In this document: in pieces, positions 12,604 through 27,484 of the stretch
Numbering within the stretch: the first letter of the stretch is position 1
How the letters are laid out: each line of letters opens with the position of its first letter
Assembly (NCBI GenBank): GCA_002269645.1
Contig: NIVC01001407.1
Span: 231,109 to 295,108, forward strand
Length of the DNA stretch: 64,000 nucleotides
Direction: 5' to 3'
DNA from: Macrostomum lignano
Taxonomy: Eukaryota
The notes under the pieces: generated by a model
Told to the model about the DNA's origin: nothing
The model's input: the letters and a program-made list of their open reading frames with translations, nothing else
Databases searched by the model: none
Position numbers and translations under genes: made by a program

Positions 12604-13785
12604 TGCGCGCTGCCCTTGACCGAAAAACTTATATTGGAGCTTTGCTATAATTTTCTGACTTGACTTAATCAACTTCTTTTTTTTCGCAATTGAATTGTAT
12701 TGATTTTTGTACAGCTGGTTTGTATTTCTGTGACGCAACGTGAGAAGTTTAAATTTGACATCACAAATTCTCCTCTGTCATTGTCAAAGTTCTCAGAAGT
12801 TCATGCATGCATAGTAAACTCCTCTCAACTCTAAATTTACTCAACTGTGATCGACACAGTGCAGGTACTATAGTGCAACTATGCTATGGCCGAAATAATC
12901 ATTTGTTGTGGAGATTGCACTATTACAATTACAAATTGACTCTTAAGTGAAGCATAATTTTTATCAGAATCTTAGCAGGCTTATACGAGTATTCTTAATG
13001 GCTCGTATACTTATAGCTTTAGCTATAAGAGGTATACAACTATACATCTACTACGACTACGAGCAGTTATACATTTAGCCTAGTCAGCTGGTTTTCTTAT
13101 GGAACAATATTGTGTCCTTGTTATAAAAGTGAAGAACTATGTATATCGGATCTATCTCCATGTGTGTGACTGGCCCCACCCTGAAATGTTTCACGTAGCT
13201 ATCTTTGTTTCTCTTAACAAAGACCCAAGTCCTAAAAGATGGTTAATTAACCGTCTGATTTCCAATTCAGCGATGTTTGCCACTTATAAATGAAAGAATA
13301 ACTCGAATTTGAAATATTGAAAAATGGTATTTTTATGCAATTTTATTAATATTATAGATAGTGAACAACGGCTTAATTTAGAATCTAGATCAGAGATAAT
13401 AAATAGATAAGATTTTTTCTACACTGCATACATGTGAATATCACATTCAGAACAGGCCAAAAGACTGTAAAGTGTACACGAATGCCCATTGGCTGTTTGA
13501 TTAAAAATGAGGAAAGAGGACAGATAAGAGAGAGGAGCGTGGGGTGGTTTGGATTCGCCTCCAACCCCCCATCCCCCCGGAGGAGGACGTGGCGGGGTGG
13601 AAAGCTCTGCTTTGTGGCCCAGTGTATGTGCTAAAAATAGATCAGTCCACTCCGGCCTGGCTCAACACCCCAAAATTCTTGTGTCCCCTTGTGTCTGCCT
13701 TCTCGCTCGCTTTTATGTTCAAAGCACCTCCACCTCTCTCTGTTCATCTGAACTGAAAAGGCGTTAAACCTTCTAGCACTACGCG

Positions 13786-13941
13786 CACAAAGCAAAGCAA
13801 ATTTTAATTCTAGAAAAGAAAGGTTAGCTAATGGAGGCACAAAGCAAAGCAAATTTTAATTCTAGAAAAGAAAGGTTAGCTAATGGAGGCACAAAGCAAA
13901 GCAAATTTTAATTCTAGAAAAGAAAGGTTAGCTAATGGAGG
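13786..13941. repeat. Three tandem copies of a 52-bp unit
   Basis: CACAAAGCAAAGCAAATTTTAATTCTAGAAAAGAAAGGTTAGCTAATGGAGG starts at 13786, 13838 and 13890. Confidence 0.9.
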
Positions 13942-16900
13942 GGGGTTGCGACTAGACGAGTAAATCGATAAGCCAACCAGCACAAAGCTATGTTTGCCTA
14001 GCCAATGAGAGGAGGTTGCAAAACCCGCTGGTTTCAATCAATAATTTCTACCCCACCCTGCTCTCCTTTTTATGCGCCCCTTGAATGTGCATAGACAGTT
14101 GGACAAGCAACTGTACAGTGACTTGCAAGCAAGCTGAATCTGCGAAGAAAGGCCTTCACTATCTCAGCTTCAACCTGGGCACGACATTTCAACCGAATCA
14201 CTTAGGTAGGTACGTCGGCGCCTACCATTATTTATCATTTATTTATCATTAACACAAATAATTAACGCATTCGTGATAATTATATTGTTTCTCCAAATTC
14301 AACTATTCAACTATTCAACTATTTGATGCTATTTATAGCATTCACCGTGACTCACGAGTCACGTGACATGTCCGCAGACCGCACCTCACAGGCCGGCACC
14401 TCTCACCCAGTATATAAAGCCCTTAAGCTCTAAGCCCTAAGTCGATTAAGACTACTGTGATTGGTCGCTGGTAGAGATACTTGTATGTTGTATTGTACAT
14501 CAGTACATGTAAAGAAAATAGGAGTATGACAACTAAGTGTCAAGTGACTACGAGCGTATAGGACAGTTGCGGATTTAGGGGGCGATGCACACAGGGTGCG
14601 CCCCCCATTGAGTTTGATTTTTGATTTTTTATATGGGAAATACACATAACTTTATAAAAATATTTTTCTGCTTCGATTTTCATTGACTGTGGCAGAATTT
14701 TTGTGCCTCCGAGTCCCCATCATAAAAGTGTCTCCGAATCCAGTGGCGTAGGGAGTGGGGAATGGGCATGGGGGAGGATGCATCTGACAATTTTTTGTCC
14801 ATTCTTATTGTAGTTTAGTAATTTCTTGCGTTCATTTATGTGTGGGATCGGGATGGGATGCTCTCAAGCGTTTTAGAAGAACTTAATCCACCCCCTCGAA
14901 TAAAGTATCTGCATCTGGCAGTTCAATCCAAGTAAAATAATAAGTGCCAAAACCATATGCATTATGCACTAATGCACACTGCACAGCACAATCTAATTAA
15001 AAAGAAACAAGAATTGCGCCAATTTCCAGACTTGTGCGCCTTTCTAGACTAATGAGGTTCCTCTCCAGAGTCCAGATGCTTTATTTTTGGAATCTACGAT
15101 GTTACATTCAAAGTTTAAACCTCTCCGACTTGTTAAGTCCATTAAGTCCATTATACTTTTGTTTCTACTTAAGTCTTAATCAGAATTAAAAGAAAATTTG
15201 CAATTAAAAATCAGTCAAAAGTAAACGTTTTCAAATTTCCAGTATAACCACAACCGCATGTCAAAAAATTGAATCACATACGCAAGCAATACGCATGTCA
15301 AAAAACTTAAAACTTAAGAGTTAACACCTAAAGTAAATTCAGATTTTAACGATTTTGAATTATCCTCTGTGCCCATTGCCAAGCGCCCCCAACCCCTTTA
15401 TTTATTTCTTTCTTTATCTCTAGCGCGTTGCGTACATTTAAGTTTAGCTTTAAAAGTTTTGCCTTACTCCCTATTGCCGAATAGCTACGTGTTTGTGGAA
15501 TTGGAGGCAAAGTCTTTCTGTACATTAGTCATGCACGCGCGTTCTTTAGTGTAAAAACTCCCTCTACTGCCTCTCTCTCTCATGAAAGCTAGTTTAGTTC
15601 AGTCGATATTTTCTCTCCCCCACAGTGCGCTGATTCAACCTCCGCTGATTCAACCCCTCACCGCTTCAAACCTCTCTCTCCATATCTGGCTACGCATGCG
15701 TGGGGGAAGGGGGAGTGACGCACAACACAACCCCCCACTTTCCCTCCCCCGCACTAGTATATTCTCGCTAGCAGTTTATTGGCTGCTTCTTTCTCACTGT
15801 ACAATGAAACGGCCTGACGGGTCTGCGGCCCAAAGCCTCGCTGGGGGTGGCATTTCGTCTCTAGTCCAGCCCATAGTTCTTGTAACCAATAGAAACTTAT
15901 CGATTTTTCTTCTACACCCTTTTTCATGGGTGTACATTGTTTATTGGCCCTTAAATGCCAGTAGAGGGTTCGTATAGCCCCTGCGGCCCTGCCCTAACTT
16001 ACGCCTTCCTTCACAATTCAGCTATAGAAAGATGTGTACAATTGTACATAGTTTCTAAATATAGATTAAGCGGTGTACGGTAAAATTATCGATTTTTCTT
16101 CGCATATAAAATGCAAGCTCCACCCTAACATTCCGGCTAATTCCCTCAGGACAGTCTTCGTTCTTGCTACAGTATAGATTCTAGTGCCTCATCCGTCATC
16201 TGGACTGGACTTCCTAAAGTTCCCAAATACCATTTTTGAAACTCCTATGCAATTAGTAAGTTTATTAATATCTCACTGTCACTGTTGCGTAAATTCGACT
16301 GCCCATAAGATTTAGAATTCTTTAAGACTTATCTAGGCTGGTACTGGTAGCTTAGCCTGGCGACGGATCGTTTATTGATTTTTACGCGAGACAAAGACCT
16401 TTTATATACGAAGCACCCAGTCACAACTTTAAGAAAGAGGTAAGAGGTACAATTTACGTATTTGTAAATTGTAAATTGTTTGTTTCTCCTACGTCTATTC
16501 ACTGTTACAAAGGCTACAACTACACGTAATTTTATTTATTTATACGTTAATTGTTTCAACTTTCTGTAGCTTCCAATTCTAATCCATATTCAATGAGGCC
16601 AATATGCGTTTACTGCTTCAGGGTTGTACATAAAAAACATGCAATTGTGCATTGATTTTTTGAGGTAACTAACAACATTGAATGCTATCAACAAGGATAT
16701 CAAAGTCCAGGGTTGGGACTTAGGATTCATACATATATATTTATTTCCTACAAAATTGTTCGACAATATTCCAAAATGCATAAACAGAAACAGTTAAAAA
16801 TTTAATCAAATAATTTATGCGGCAAGCTGTGACGTGACCCCGGAGAAATGATTACCAAAAACCGTGAGTGGTCAAACATCAACGTTTTCCAAAGCAGCCG

Positions 16901-18247
16901 AGTCAGTGATATTTCTGGCGTTGTTCTGCTAATTTCGGTTAAAATATCGGATAAATGGCTGGATTTAGGTGGCTGTCAGCTGAATTAGAAAATCTCGGTT
17001 CAAGTCTATACATGTTAACATGTATGTATTACGTTTTAAGTGCCAACTGAATGCTATTCTTATAGCACTGTCAATCTGTACATTTAAAAGTACATAGCGC
17101 TATAGCAAGCAAATCCAAAAGTGTGCTTTGAACTGCAGTATTCACGAATCACGAGATGCAGATACAGAGGCAAAGGACAAAGATACATTTTTCAGTGTCC
17201 ATAATGACAAGACCAAGAAGGCGCACGAAGATTAAGTCTTCCGACGTTCGATGCATTTTTACAATTAAATCTCGACCGAATTCAGATAATAAAATTGATA
17301 GTACGCTACAAAAATTCCTTAATTAATGCTCCGATAAGTTATCAAAGTATATATAAACTGGTATTTCTATGAAGCCACGAAAGGTAATCAGCACGTTTAA
17401 AACGTTGTGAGCCTAAAAGTCCATGCGCAGATGGCGATACACTAAAAACACTTGCTTAGCTACTGGACAGCATGCCATACGTATGATTTTAGTTGAATAT
17501 CAAGGCCAGAATCAATCAAAATAGAAAATGAAAGCTGAAAGCCATTTGCAGAAGTTCACGATTGAAAACAGCAAGTCTAATGTGATTACATATTTTTTGA
17601 ATTGGAGTTTCCTAATCAAGTTTTCCTAATCAAATCTCCGCACAAAAAGCGTCAAAGAAGTCATGACCATGACGTCTAGCGTCAAAGAAGTCATGAAATT
17701 GGTCATATATACCACATAAATAAATAATTAATCAATGTACCTGGTCTGATTAAAGATTAAGAGACATGAGTTAGAGTTACCCGGTATAGTTGTCCTATTG
17801 TCTGGCTGGCAGTCTTAATATCTATTTCAAATTGAAAATCGGTGACTCAAGAGTATCTGCAAACCAAGTAGTGAATCCACTCGATGACTGAAATTCTGAT
17901 AAATGTCCCTTTTAGATAGACAATAAAATAAAATTAAGTCTGATGACGCAACGACGTCTTGGGAATGCAAATAATAATCGCCGTGCTTCTAAATAAACTA
18001 AAAGTACATATATTCGTATTATAGTGAGCAAAGAAGAAAAACTAGACCAATGACTTTTCGAAGAAATTAAACAAACCAATCAGATTGACGGAGTAGCTAT
18101 TTAATTAACTATAATGCACGTAAATTGTCTATGGTCTAAAGTCAGTTGGCAGTCAGCATATCATCAGCTACGATTGACCGTGATTGATTTGTACTTAAAA
18201 AGACTAATTTTCTTAAAAACCTTTCAGGCTCCATAAGGAAACCCCCG

Positions 18248-19846
18248 ATGTCCGAAGCCAGAGTGAAAAGCGAGAAATCGGCAGCTGCCAGCGGTAACAA
18301 TATCAATAATAACAACAACAACATTGTCAATGGAAATGTGAATAACAGCACTGTCAATGGCGTTACTGCTACTGCTGCCGCTGCTGTCGCCGCCAATCAA
18401 CGTCCAATAAGGCCAAGAGTGCCGGCTACATCGGCAGCTTCGGCGACTCCACCGAATCGCAACTCTGCCACCCCCGCAACTCAACTCAACGCTGCAGCTG
18501 GAGATCCGCACTCCCAAGCCAATGCTACTAAACCGATATCTAATCAGGTGCAATTTGGATTCGCCGAAATTGATGGCGCCTCAATTCCAAAAATCTATCG
18601 ATGCTTGCACGGCGAACAAGTTGCTTATGTTGTTGTTAGAATGGTCGAATTGAAGCTGTTATGGCGTTTTCCTAATAATTATCCAGAAGAGTTGAAAAAA
18701 CGACCGCCGTTGCGCAGTTCCTACATGTCGAGGATGAGGGCACGCTAGTTAATGAGATTAACGAGACTCATTGCCTTAGCGAATATGGCAAGCACGATTA
18801 TTCCAAGCGGGACAATATGCTGGTCAAGTTTGAAGAGTTTATGGACTTTTATAACGCTGTGCGAAGGTGCTACGCAGATATTGCCGCTAATAGGTGAGCC
18901 GTTTTATTCGAATACTATTCTATTCTAATCCTAATAATAGATGCCATCGTTACAAGGTAAATCCCTCCTCACATGATAGATCCCATCCCCACATGATCAT
19001 GATAGATCCTATACCCACCTGTCAGATCCTATCTTTTTCAAAATAGACCCCATCCCCACATGATACATCCCATCCTCTTATAATGTATCCCATTCTCACA
19101 TGATAAATCCCATCTCTGCATGATCGATCTCATCCCCGCATGATTGATCCCATCCCGCATGATAAATCCCATCCTCGCATAATAGATACTATCCCCGCAT
19201 GATAGATTGATAGATCCTAGTTCCACATGATAGATCCCATCAACACATGATAGATCCCATCATCTGCTAGATCTTACAAGTATCTTTTCCAGATAGATCT
19301 CACCCCTACAGTGAGCAATCTGATAATTGTTTAACCATATAAAATTCAGTGGTTTTATTTTCTTCATAATACCCCAAAGTTTTATTCGAATTAAAGTAAT
19401 GTTTATTTAACGACTGCTTTCACCGATCCTAATTGGCTAGGTGCGTCGGCATAAGCCTCGACGAGCTCAACCAGATGAAGGGCGGTTTCCTCCAGGTGAA
19501 CAACATAGTGTGTCCGTTCGTTTACCGCAAAGAGATCAAATTTGTGCCGTACACCTACCTGCACAGTTGCGGCATGAACATCGGCCTGCCCAATACCGAT
19601 GGCTTCGGATTCTATCCGTCCCCGAAAGAATGCGCATTCTTTAATTCGTTATCGCCCCGAGTAAATCTGCGCATTCAGATGGGCATGTTGAGCAAAATGA
19701 TGTCGCTAGACATGATTGAACGATTGACAGAGTGCAACGTCCGCGAATTAAATACGATTAATCCGTTAGCGACTATACAGTACATACCTGGCCAAACTGA
19801 GCTGCGATTGGCTGGTCAATTAACACGGAATCAGCAGCAATTGCAA

Positions 19847-19887
<41 letters not shown>

Positions 19888-22800
19888 ACAGTTGCAACAG
19901 CCGCAGGCGGCCGTTTTCAACGTGATGGCGGTGAACCGGCCAACAATGATCAGCGTGGCGCCGCTGGTGTCCGCTGCTGGTGGCACCTTTGCTACGGCCA
20001 ATGGCATCTCAGTGCTGAGCGGGGCGCAGTTCGTACCGGTGAGGAGTTTTTAACTCTGCTGATAATATAGCTGTATCTAATTTATTACTTTGTACATTGT
20101 CTCTGAACTGTATTCTAAGAATCGCTCCTAAACTGTATCCTAAGAATCGCCCCTAAACTGCATCCTAAGAATCGCTCCTAAACTGCATCCTAAAAATGGC
20201 CCCTAAACTGCATCCTAAGAATCGCCTCTAAACTGCATTCTAAGAATCGCCCTTAAACTGTATCCTAAGAATCGCCCTTAAACTGCATCCTAAGAATCGC
20301 TCTTAAACTGCATCCTAAGAATCGCCCTTAAACTGTATCCTAAGAATCGCCCTTAAACTGCATCCTAAGAATCGCCCCTAGACTGCATTCTAAGAATCAT
20401 CCCTTAAACTGCATTCTAAGAATCGCCCTAAACTGCACCAAGAATCGCCCCTAAACTGCATCCTAAGAATCGCCCTTAAACTGCATCCTAAGAATCGCCC
20501 TTAAACTGCATCCTAAGAATCGCCCTTAAACTGCATCCTAAGAATCGCCCTTAAACTGCATCCTAAAATCGCCCTTAAACTGCATCTAAGAATCGCCCTT
20601 AAACTGCATCCTAAGAATCGCCCTTAAACTGCATCCTAAGAATCGCTCTTAAACTGCATCCTAAGAATCGCCCTTAAACTGCATTCTAAGAATCGCCCTT
20701 AAACTGAATCCTAAGAATCGCCTTAAACTGCATCCTAAGAATCGCCTTAAACTGCATCCTAAGAATCGCCCTTAAACTGCATCCTAAGAATCGCCCCTAA
20801 ACTGCGACCTAAGAATCGCCCTTAAACTGCATCCTAAGAATCGCCCTTAAACTGCATCCTAAGAATCGCCCTTAAACTGCATCCTAAGAATCACCCTTAA
20901 ACTGCATCCTAAGAATCGCCCTTAAACTGCATCCTAAGAATCGCCCTTAAACTGCATCCTAAGAATCGCCCTTAAACTGCGACCTAAGAATCGCTCTTAA
21001 ACTGCATCCTAAGAATCGCCCTTAAACTGCATCCTAAGAATCGCCCTTAAACTGCATCCTAAGAATCGCCCTTAAACTGCATCCTAAGAATCGCCCTTAA
21101 ACTGCATCCTAAGAATCGCCCTTAAACTGCATTCTAAGAATCGCCCTTAAACTGCATCCTAAGAATCGCCCTTAAACTGCATCCTAAGAATCGCTCTTAA
21201 ACTGCATCCTAAGAATCGCCCTTAAACTGCATCCTAAGAATCGCCCTAAACTGCGACCTAAGAATCGCCCTTAAACTGCATCCTAAGAATCGCCCTTAAA
21301 CTGCATCCTAAGAATCGCCCTTAAACTGCATCCTAAGAATCGCCCTTAAACTGCATCCTAAGAATCGCCCTAGACTGCATTCTAAGAATCATCCTTGAAC
21401 TGCATTCTAAGAATCGCCCCTAAACTGCACCAAGAATCGCTCTTAAACTGCATCCTAAGAATCGCCCTTAAACTGTATCCTAAGAATCGCTCCTAAACTG
21501 CGACCTAAGAATCGCCCTTAAACTGCATCCTAAGAATCGCCATTAAACTGCATCCTAAGAATCGCCCTTAAACTGCATCCTAAGAATCGCCCTTAAACTG
21601 CATCCTAAGAATCGCCCCTAGACTGCATTCTAAGAATCATCCCTTAAACTGCATTCTAAGAATCGCCCCTAAACTGCACCAAGAATCGCCCCTAAACTGC
21701 ATCCTAAGAATCGCCCTTAAACTGCATCCTAAGAATCGCCCCTAAACTGCGACCTAAGAATCGCCCTTAAACTGCATCCTAAGAATCGCCCTTAAACTGC
21801 ATCCTAAGAATCGCCCTTAAACTGCATCCTAAGAATCGCCCTTAAACTGCATCCTAAGAATCGCCCCTAGACTGCATTCTAAGAATCATCCCTTGAACTG
21901 CATTCTAAGAATCGCCCCTAAACTGCACCAAGAATCGCTCTTAAACTGCATCCTAAGAATCGCCCTTAAACTGTATCCTAAGAATCGCTCCTAAACTGCG
22001 ACCTAAGAATCGCCCTTAAACTGCATCCTAAGAATCGCCATTAAACTGCATCCTAAGAATCGCCCTTAAACTGCATCCTAAGAATCGCCCTTAAACTGCA
22101 TCCTAAGAATCGCTCTTAAACTGCATCCTAAGAATCGCCCTTAAACTGCATCCTAAGAATCGCCCCTAAACTGCGACCTAAGAATCGCCCTTAAACTGCA
22201 TCCTAAGAATCGCCCTTAAACTGCATCCTAAGAATCGCCCCTAAACTGCGACCTAAGAATCGCCCTTAAACTGCATCCTAAGAATCGCCCTTAAACTGCA
22301 TCTTAAGAATCGCCCTTAAACTGCATCCTAAGAATCGCCCTTAAACTGCATCCTAAGAATCGCTCTTAAACTGCATCCTAAGAATCGCCCTTAAACTGCA
22401 TGCATTCTAAAATCGCCCTTAAACTGCATCCTAAGAATCGCCTTAAACTGCATCCTAAGAATCGCTCTTAAACTGCATCCTAAGAATCGCCCTTAAACTG
22501 CATCCTAAGAATCGCCCTAAACTGCGACCTAAGAATCGCCCTTAAACTGCATCCTAAGAATCGCCCTTAAACTGCGACCTAAGAATCGCCCTTAAACTGC
22601 ATCCTAAGAATCACCCTTAAACTGCATCCTAAGAATCGCCCTTAAACTGCATCCTAAGAATCGCCCTTAAACTGCATCCTAAGAATCGCCCTTAAACTGC
22701 GACCTAAGAATCGCTCTTAAACTGCATCCTAAGAATCGCCCTTAAACTGTATCCTAAGAATCGCCCTTAAACTGCATCCTAAGAATCGCCCCTAGACTGC

Positions 22801-25800
22801 ATTCTAAGAATCATCCCTTAAACTGCATTCTAAGAATCGCCCCTAAACTGCACCAAGAATCGCCCCTAAACTGCATCCTAAGAATCGCCCTTAAACTGCA
22901 TCCTAAGAATCGCCCTTAAACTGCATCCTAAGAATCGCCCTTAAACTGCATCCTAAGAATCGCCCTTAAACTGCATCCTAAAAATCGCCCTTAAACTGCA
23001 TTCTAAGAATCGCCCTTAAACTGCATCCTAAGAATCGCCCTTAAACTGCATCCTAAGAATCGCTCTTAAACTGCATCCTAAGAATCGCCCTTAAACTGCA
23101 TCCTAAGAATCGCCCCTAAACTGCGACCTAAGAATCGCCCTTAAACTGCATCCTAAGAATCGCCCTTAAACTGCATCCTAAGAATCGCCCTTAAACTGCA
23201 TCCTAAGAATCGCCCTTAAACTGCATCCTAAGAATCGCCCCTAGACTGCATTCTAAGAATCATCCCTTGAACTGCATTCTAAGAATCGCCCCTAAACTGC
23301 ACCAAGAATCGCCCTAAACTACATCCTAAGAATCGCCCTTAAACTGTATCCTAAGAATCGCTCCTAAACTGCGACCTAAGAATCGCCCTTAAACTGCATC
23401 CTAAGAATCGCCATTAAACTGCATCCTAAGAAACGCCCTTAAACTGCGACCTAAGAATCGCTCTTAAACTGCATCCTAAGAATCGCCCTTAAACTGCATC
23501 CTAAGAATCGCCCTTAAACTGCATCCTAAGAATCGCCCCTAGACTGCATTCTAAGAATCATCCCTTGAACTGCATTCTAAGAATCGCCCCTAAACTGCAC
23601 CAAGAATCGCTCTTAAACTGCATCCTAAGAATCGCCCTTAAACTGTATCCTAAGAATCGCTCCTAAACTGCGACCTAAGAATCGCCCTTAAACTGCATCC
23701 TAAGAATCGCCATTAAACTGCATCCTAAGAATCGCCCTTAAACTGCATCCTAAGAATCGCCCTTAAACTGCATCCTAAGAATCGCTCTTAAACTGCATCC
23801 TAAGAATCGCCCTTAAACTGCATCCTAAGAATCGCCCCTAAACTGCGACCTAAGAATCGCCCTTAAACTGCATCCTAAGAATCGCCCTTAAACTGCATCC
23901 TAAGAATCGCCCCTAAACTGCGACCTAAGAATCGCCCTTAAACTGCATCCTAAGAATCGCCCTTAAACTGCATCTTAAGAATCGCCCTTAAACTGCATCC
24001 TAAGAATCGCCCTTAAACTGCATCCTAAGAATCGCTCTTAAACTGCATCCTAAGAATCGCCCTTAAACTGCATGCATTCTAAAAATCGCCCTTAAACTGC
24101 ATCCTAAGAATCGCCTTAAACTGCATCCTAAGAATCGCTCTTAAACTGCATCCTAAGAATCGCCCTTAAACTGCATCCTAAGAATCGCCCCTAAACTGCG
24201 ACCTAAGAATCGCCCTTAAACTGCATCCTAAGAATCGCCCTTAAACTGCGACCTAAGAATCGCCCTTAAACTGCATCCTAAGAATCACCCTTAAACTGCA
24301 TCCTAAGAATCGCCCTTAAACTGCATCCTAAGAATCGCCCTTAAACTGCATCCTAAGAATCGCCCTTAAACTGCGACCTAAGAATCGCTCTTAAACTGCA
24401 TCCTAAGAATCGCCCTTAAACTGTATCCTAAGAATCGCCCTTAAACTGCATCCTAAGAATCGCCCCTAGACTGCATTCTAAGAATCATCCCTTAAACTGC
24501 ATTCTAAGAATCGCCCCTAAACTGCACCAAGAATCGCCCCTAAACTGCATCCTAAGAATCGCCCTTAAACTGCATCCTAAGAATCGCCCTTAAACTGCAT
24601 CCTAAGAATCGCCCTTAAACTGCATCCTAAGAATCGCCCTTAAACTGCATCCTAAAATCGCCCTTAAACTGCATTCTAAGAATCGCCCTTAAACTGCATC
24701 CTAAGAATCGCCCTTAAACTGCATCCTAAGAATCGCTCTTAAACTGCATCCTAAGAATCGCCCTTAAACTGCATCCTAAGAATCGCCCCTAAACTGCGAC
24801 CTAAGAATCGCCCTTAAACTGCATCCTAAGAATCGCCCTTAAACTGCATCCTAAGAATCGCCCTTAAACTGCATCCTAAGAATCGCCCTTAAACTGCATC
24901 CTAAGAATCGCCCCTAGACTGCATTCTAAGAATCATCCCTTGAACTGCATTCTAAGAATCGCCCCTAAACTGCACCAAGAATCGCCCCTAAACTACATCC
25001 TAAGAATCGCCCTTAAACTGTATCCTAAGAATCGCTCCTAAACTGCGACCTAAGAATCGCCCTTAAACTGCATCCTAAGAATCGCCATTAAACTGCATCC
25101 TAAGAAACGCCCTTAAACTGCGACCTAAGAATCGCTCTTAAACTGCATCCTAAGAATCGCCCTTAAACTGCATCCTAAGAATCGCCCTTAAACTGCATCC
25201 TAAGAATCGCTCTTAAACTGCATCCTAAGAATCGCCCTTAAACTGCATCCTAAGAATCGCCCCTAAACTGCGACCTAAGAATTGCCCTTAAACTGCATCC
25301 TAAGAATCGCCCTTAAACTGCATCCTAAGAATCGCCCTTAAACTGCATCCTAAGAATCGCCCTTAAACTGCATCCTAAGAATCGCCCCTAGACTGCATTC
25401 TAAGAATCATCCCTTAAACTGCATTCTAAGAATCGCCCCTAAACTGCACCAAGAATCGCCCCTAAACTACATCCTAAGAATCGCCCTTAAACTGTATCCT
25501 AAGAATCGCTCCTAAACTGCGACCTAAGAATCGCCCTTAAACTGCATCCTAAGAATCGCCATTAAACTGCATCCTAAGAATCGCCCTTAAACTGCATCCT
25601 AAGAATCGCCCTTAAACTGCATCCTAAGAATCGCCCTTAAACTGCATCCTAAGAATCGCCCTTAAACTGCATCCTAAGAATCGCCCTTAAACTGCATCCT
25701 AAGAATCGCCCCTAAACTGTATCCTAAGAATCGCTCCTAAACTGCATCCTGAGAATCGCCCCTAAACTGCATCCTAAGAATCGCCCCTAAACTGCATCCT

Positions 25801-26461
25801 AAGAATCGCCCCTAAACTGCATTCTAAGAATCATCCCTAAACTGCATTCTAAGAATCGCCCTTAAACTGCATCCTAAGAATCGCCCTTAAACTGCATCCT
25901 AAGAATCGCCCCTAAACTGCATCCTAAGAATCGCCCTTAAACTGCATCCTAAGAATCGCCCCTAAACTGCATCCTAAGAATCGCCCCTAAACTGTATTCT
26001 AAGAATCGCCCCTAAACTGCATCCTAAGAATCGCCCTTAAACTGCATCCTAAGAATCGCCCTTAAACTGCATTCTAAGAATCGCCCTTAAACTGCATTCT
26101 AAGAATCGCCCTTAAACTGCATCCTAAGAATCGCCCTTAAACTGCATCCTAAGAATCGCCCTTAAACTGCATCCTAAGAATCGCCCTTAAACTGCTATAA
26201 GAATATTAAGAGGCGCGAATCATTTTTACTTGTAATTTTGTAAAATACAAAAAGTACAATTTCTACCTATCAATCGTCATCATCGTCTCCCTCCATTCCG
26301 TCACCCAGGCTGCGCCAGCCACCATCGCTCATGGTAGGCCCCCAGCTCCCATCATGCCGCCGAACCATGCCAACCCTAACGTCGCCGCAGCCACAGCCGC
26401 AGCAGCAGCTGCTGCTGCCGCCGCCAACAACACAAACGGTAGGAGACTTCAGCATCATCAG

Positions 26462-26493
<32 letters not shown>

Positions 26494-27484
26494 ACAGCAA
26501 GAACTTCTGCAACAACAACAACAACAGCAGCAACAGATGAGAAACAATGCTCGCCTGTTGTCTCCAACATCTGCAACTGTTCGACCGTCAGCAGCTCATC
26601 CAGCGGCTCAGGTTCAACAGCAGCAGCAGCAGCAAGCGGCGGTGGCGGCTGCTGTCGGTCCAAGCGATCCTAAACGTCGCAGGACTGTCAATCAACTCTT
26701 GCAGCATCAGCCACTGCAGCAGCAGCAGCAGCAACAACAGCAACAACAACAGCAGCAAGCTCCCCAGTCGGGTCCAATCCTACAGAAACAGGTTATCCGC
26801 GAGACTCACCTGGGCACCTGTTCGTTTCTAAAAGTACAAGGCGACCTAACCAACGGCCGGCCAATCACGCTGTGCATGATCCGGCCGTACATCCCGCTAC
26901 TGCCAGAGAATGCTCTCCAAGGCGACTACATTGTTCTTGAACACGTCAGGCGCACTTTATTCCCGGCTTGGAATCATGATCAGCTGCTCAACGTTCTGCG
27001 TTGCGTTGTACCGGCTAATAAGATCTATCGCATTGCCGAGGGTCTGGTTGCGCTATTCGAGGAAGCGTTCAGCTTTCATCTGACTTGCCGCGAAAATGCC
27101 CTTCTGCACGGGGAGGCTTTTTTAAAGAATCTGCCCTTCCTACAGATCCGCTACCGGGAGGCATTGTCAGCGGCTAGCAGGCAGCAGCAGCAGCAGCAGC
27201 ACCAACAACAGCAGCACCAGCAATTATTGTTGCAACAAGCCGCCGCAGCAGCTGCTAATCGGATCGCTTTGAGGCCGACTATGACGCAGCAGCAGTTTCC
27301 AGCTCCGCCACCTCTGGCTGCTGCACCCGCATCCTTGCCTATCCTGACTACCACTATCAGTGGCTTGACTCCTGTACAGCAGCATCAACAACTGCTAGCT
27401 GCACATCAACAACAGCAGCAGCAATTGCTCAGACAGAGGCAACAGCAAATCCAGCCTATGGATGTTATTCAAATTGACGATTAA
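18248..27484 (+). CDS. Poly-Q uncharacterised protein, about 806 aa; exons 18248-18893 (one apparent 1-nt deletion at ~18730), 19441-20038, 26309-27484
   Basis: Phase-compatible GT-AG junctions (AAT AG|gtgag..ctag|G TGC; CCG|gtgagg..cccag|GCT, in frame with the 26354 ORF). Adding one G at 18730 (ATG TCG [G]AG GAT GAG) opens a continuation, EDEGTLVNEINETHCLSEYG..., up to the donor. Three globular-looking segments are separated by N/A/Q low-complexity tracts. Confidence 0.7.
18920..19290. repeat. Degenerate ~20-bp CATGATAGATCCCATCCC repeat in intron 1
   Basis: Imperfect tandem copies are visible. Confidence 0.75.
20113..26200. repeat. ~6.1-kb satellite of a 25-bp unit (CTAAGAATCGCCCTTAAACTGCATC)n, about 240 copies, intronic
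   Basis: Period-25 tandem array lying between the donor at 20039 and the acceptor at 26308. Confidence 0.97.

Noticed and set aside
20113-26200. CRISPR-like regularity of the arrays
   Set aside because: Units are directly adjacent with no unique spacers, there are no cas genes, and the context is eukaryotic.
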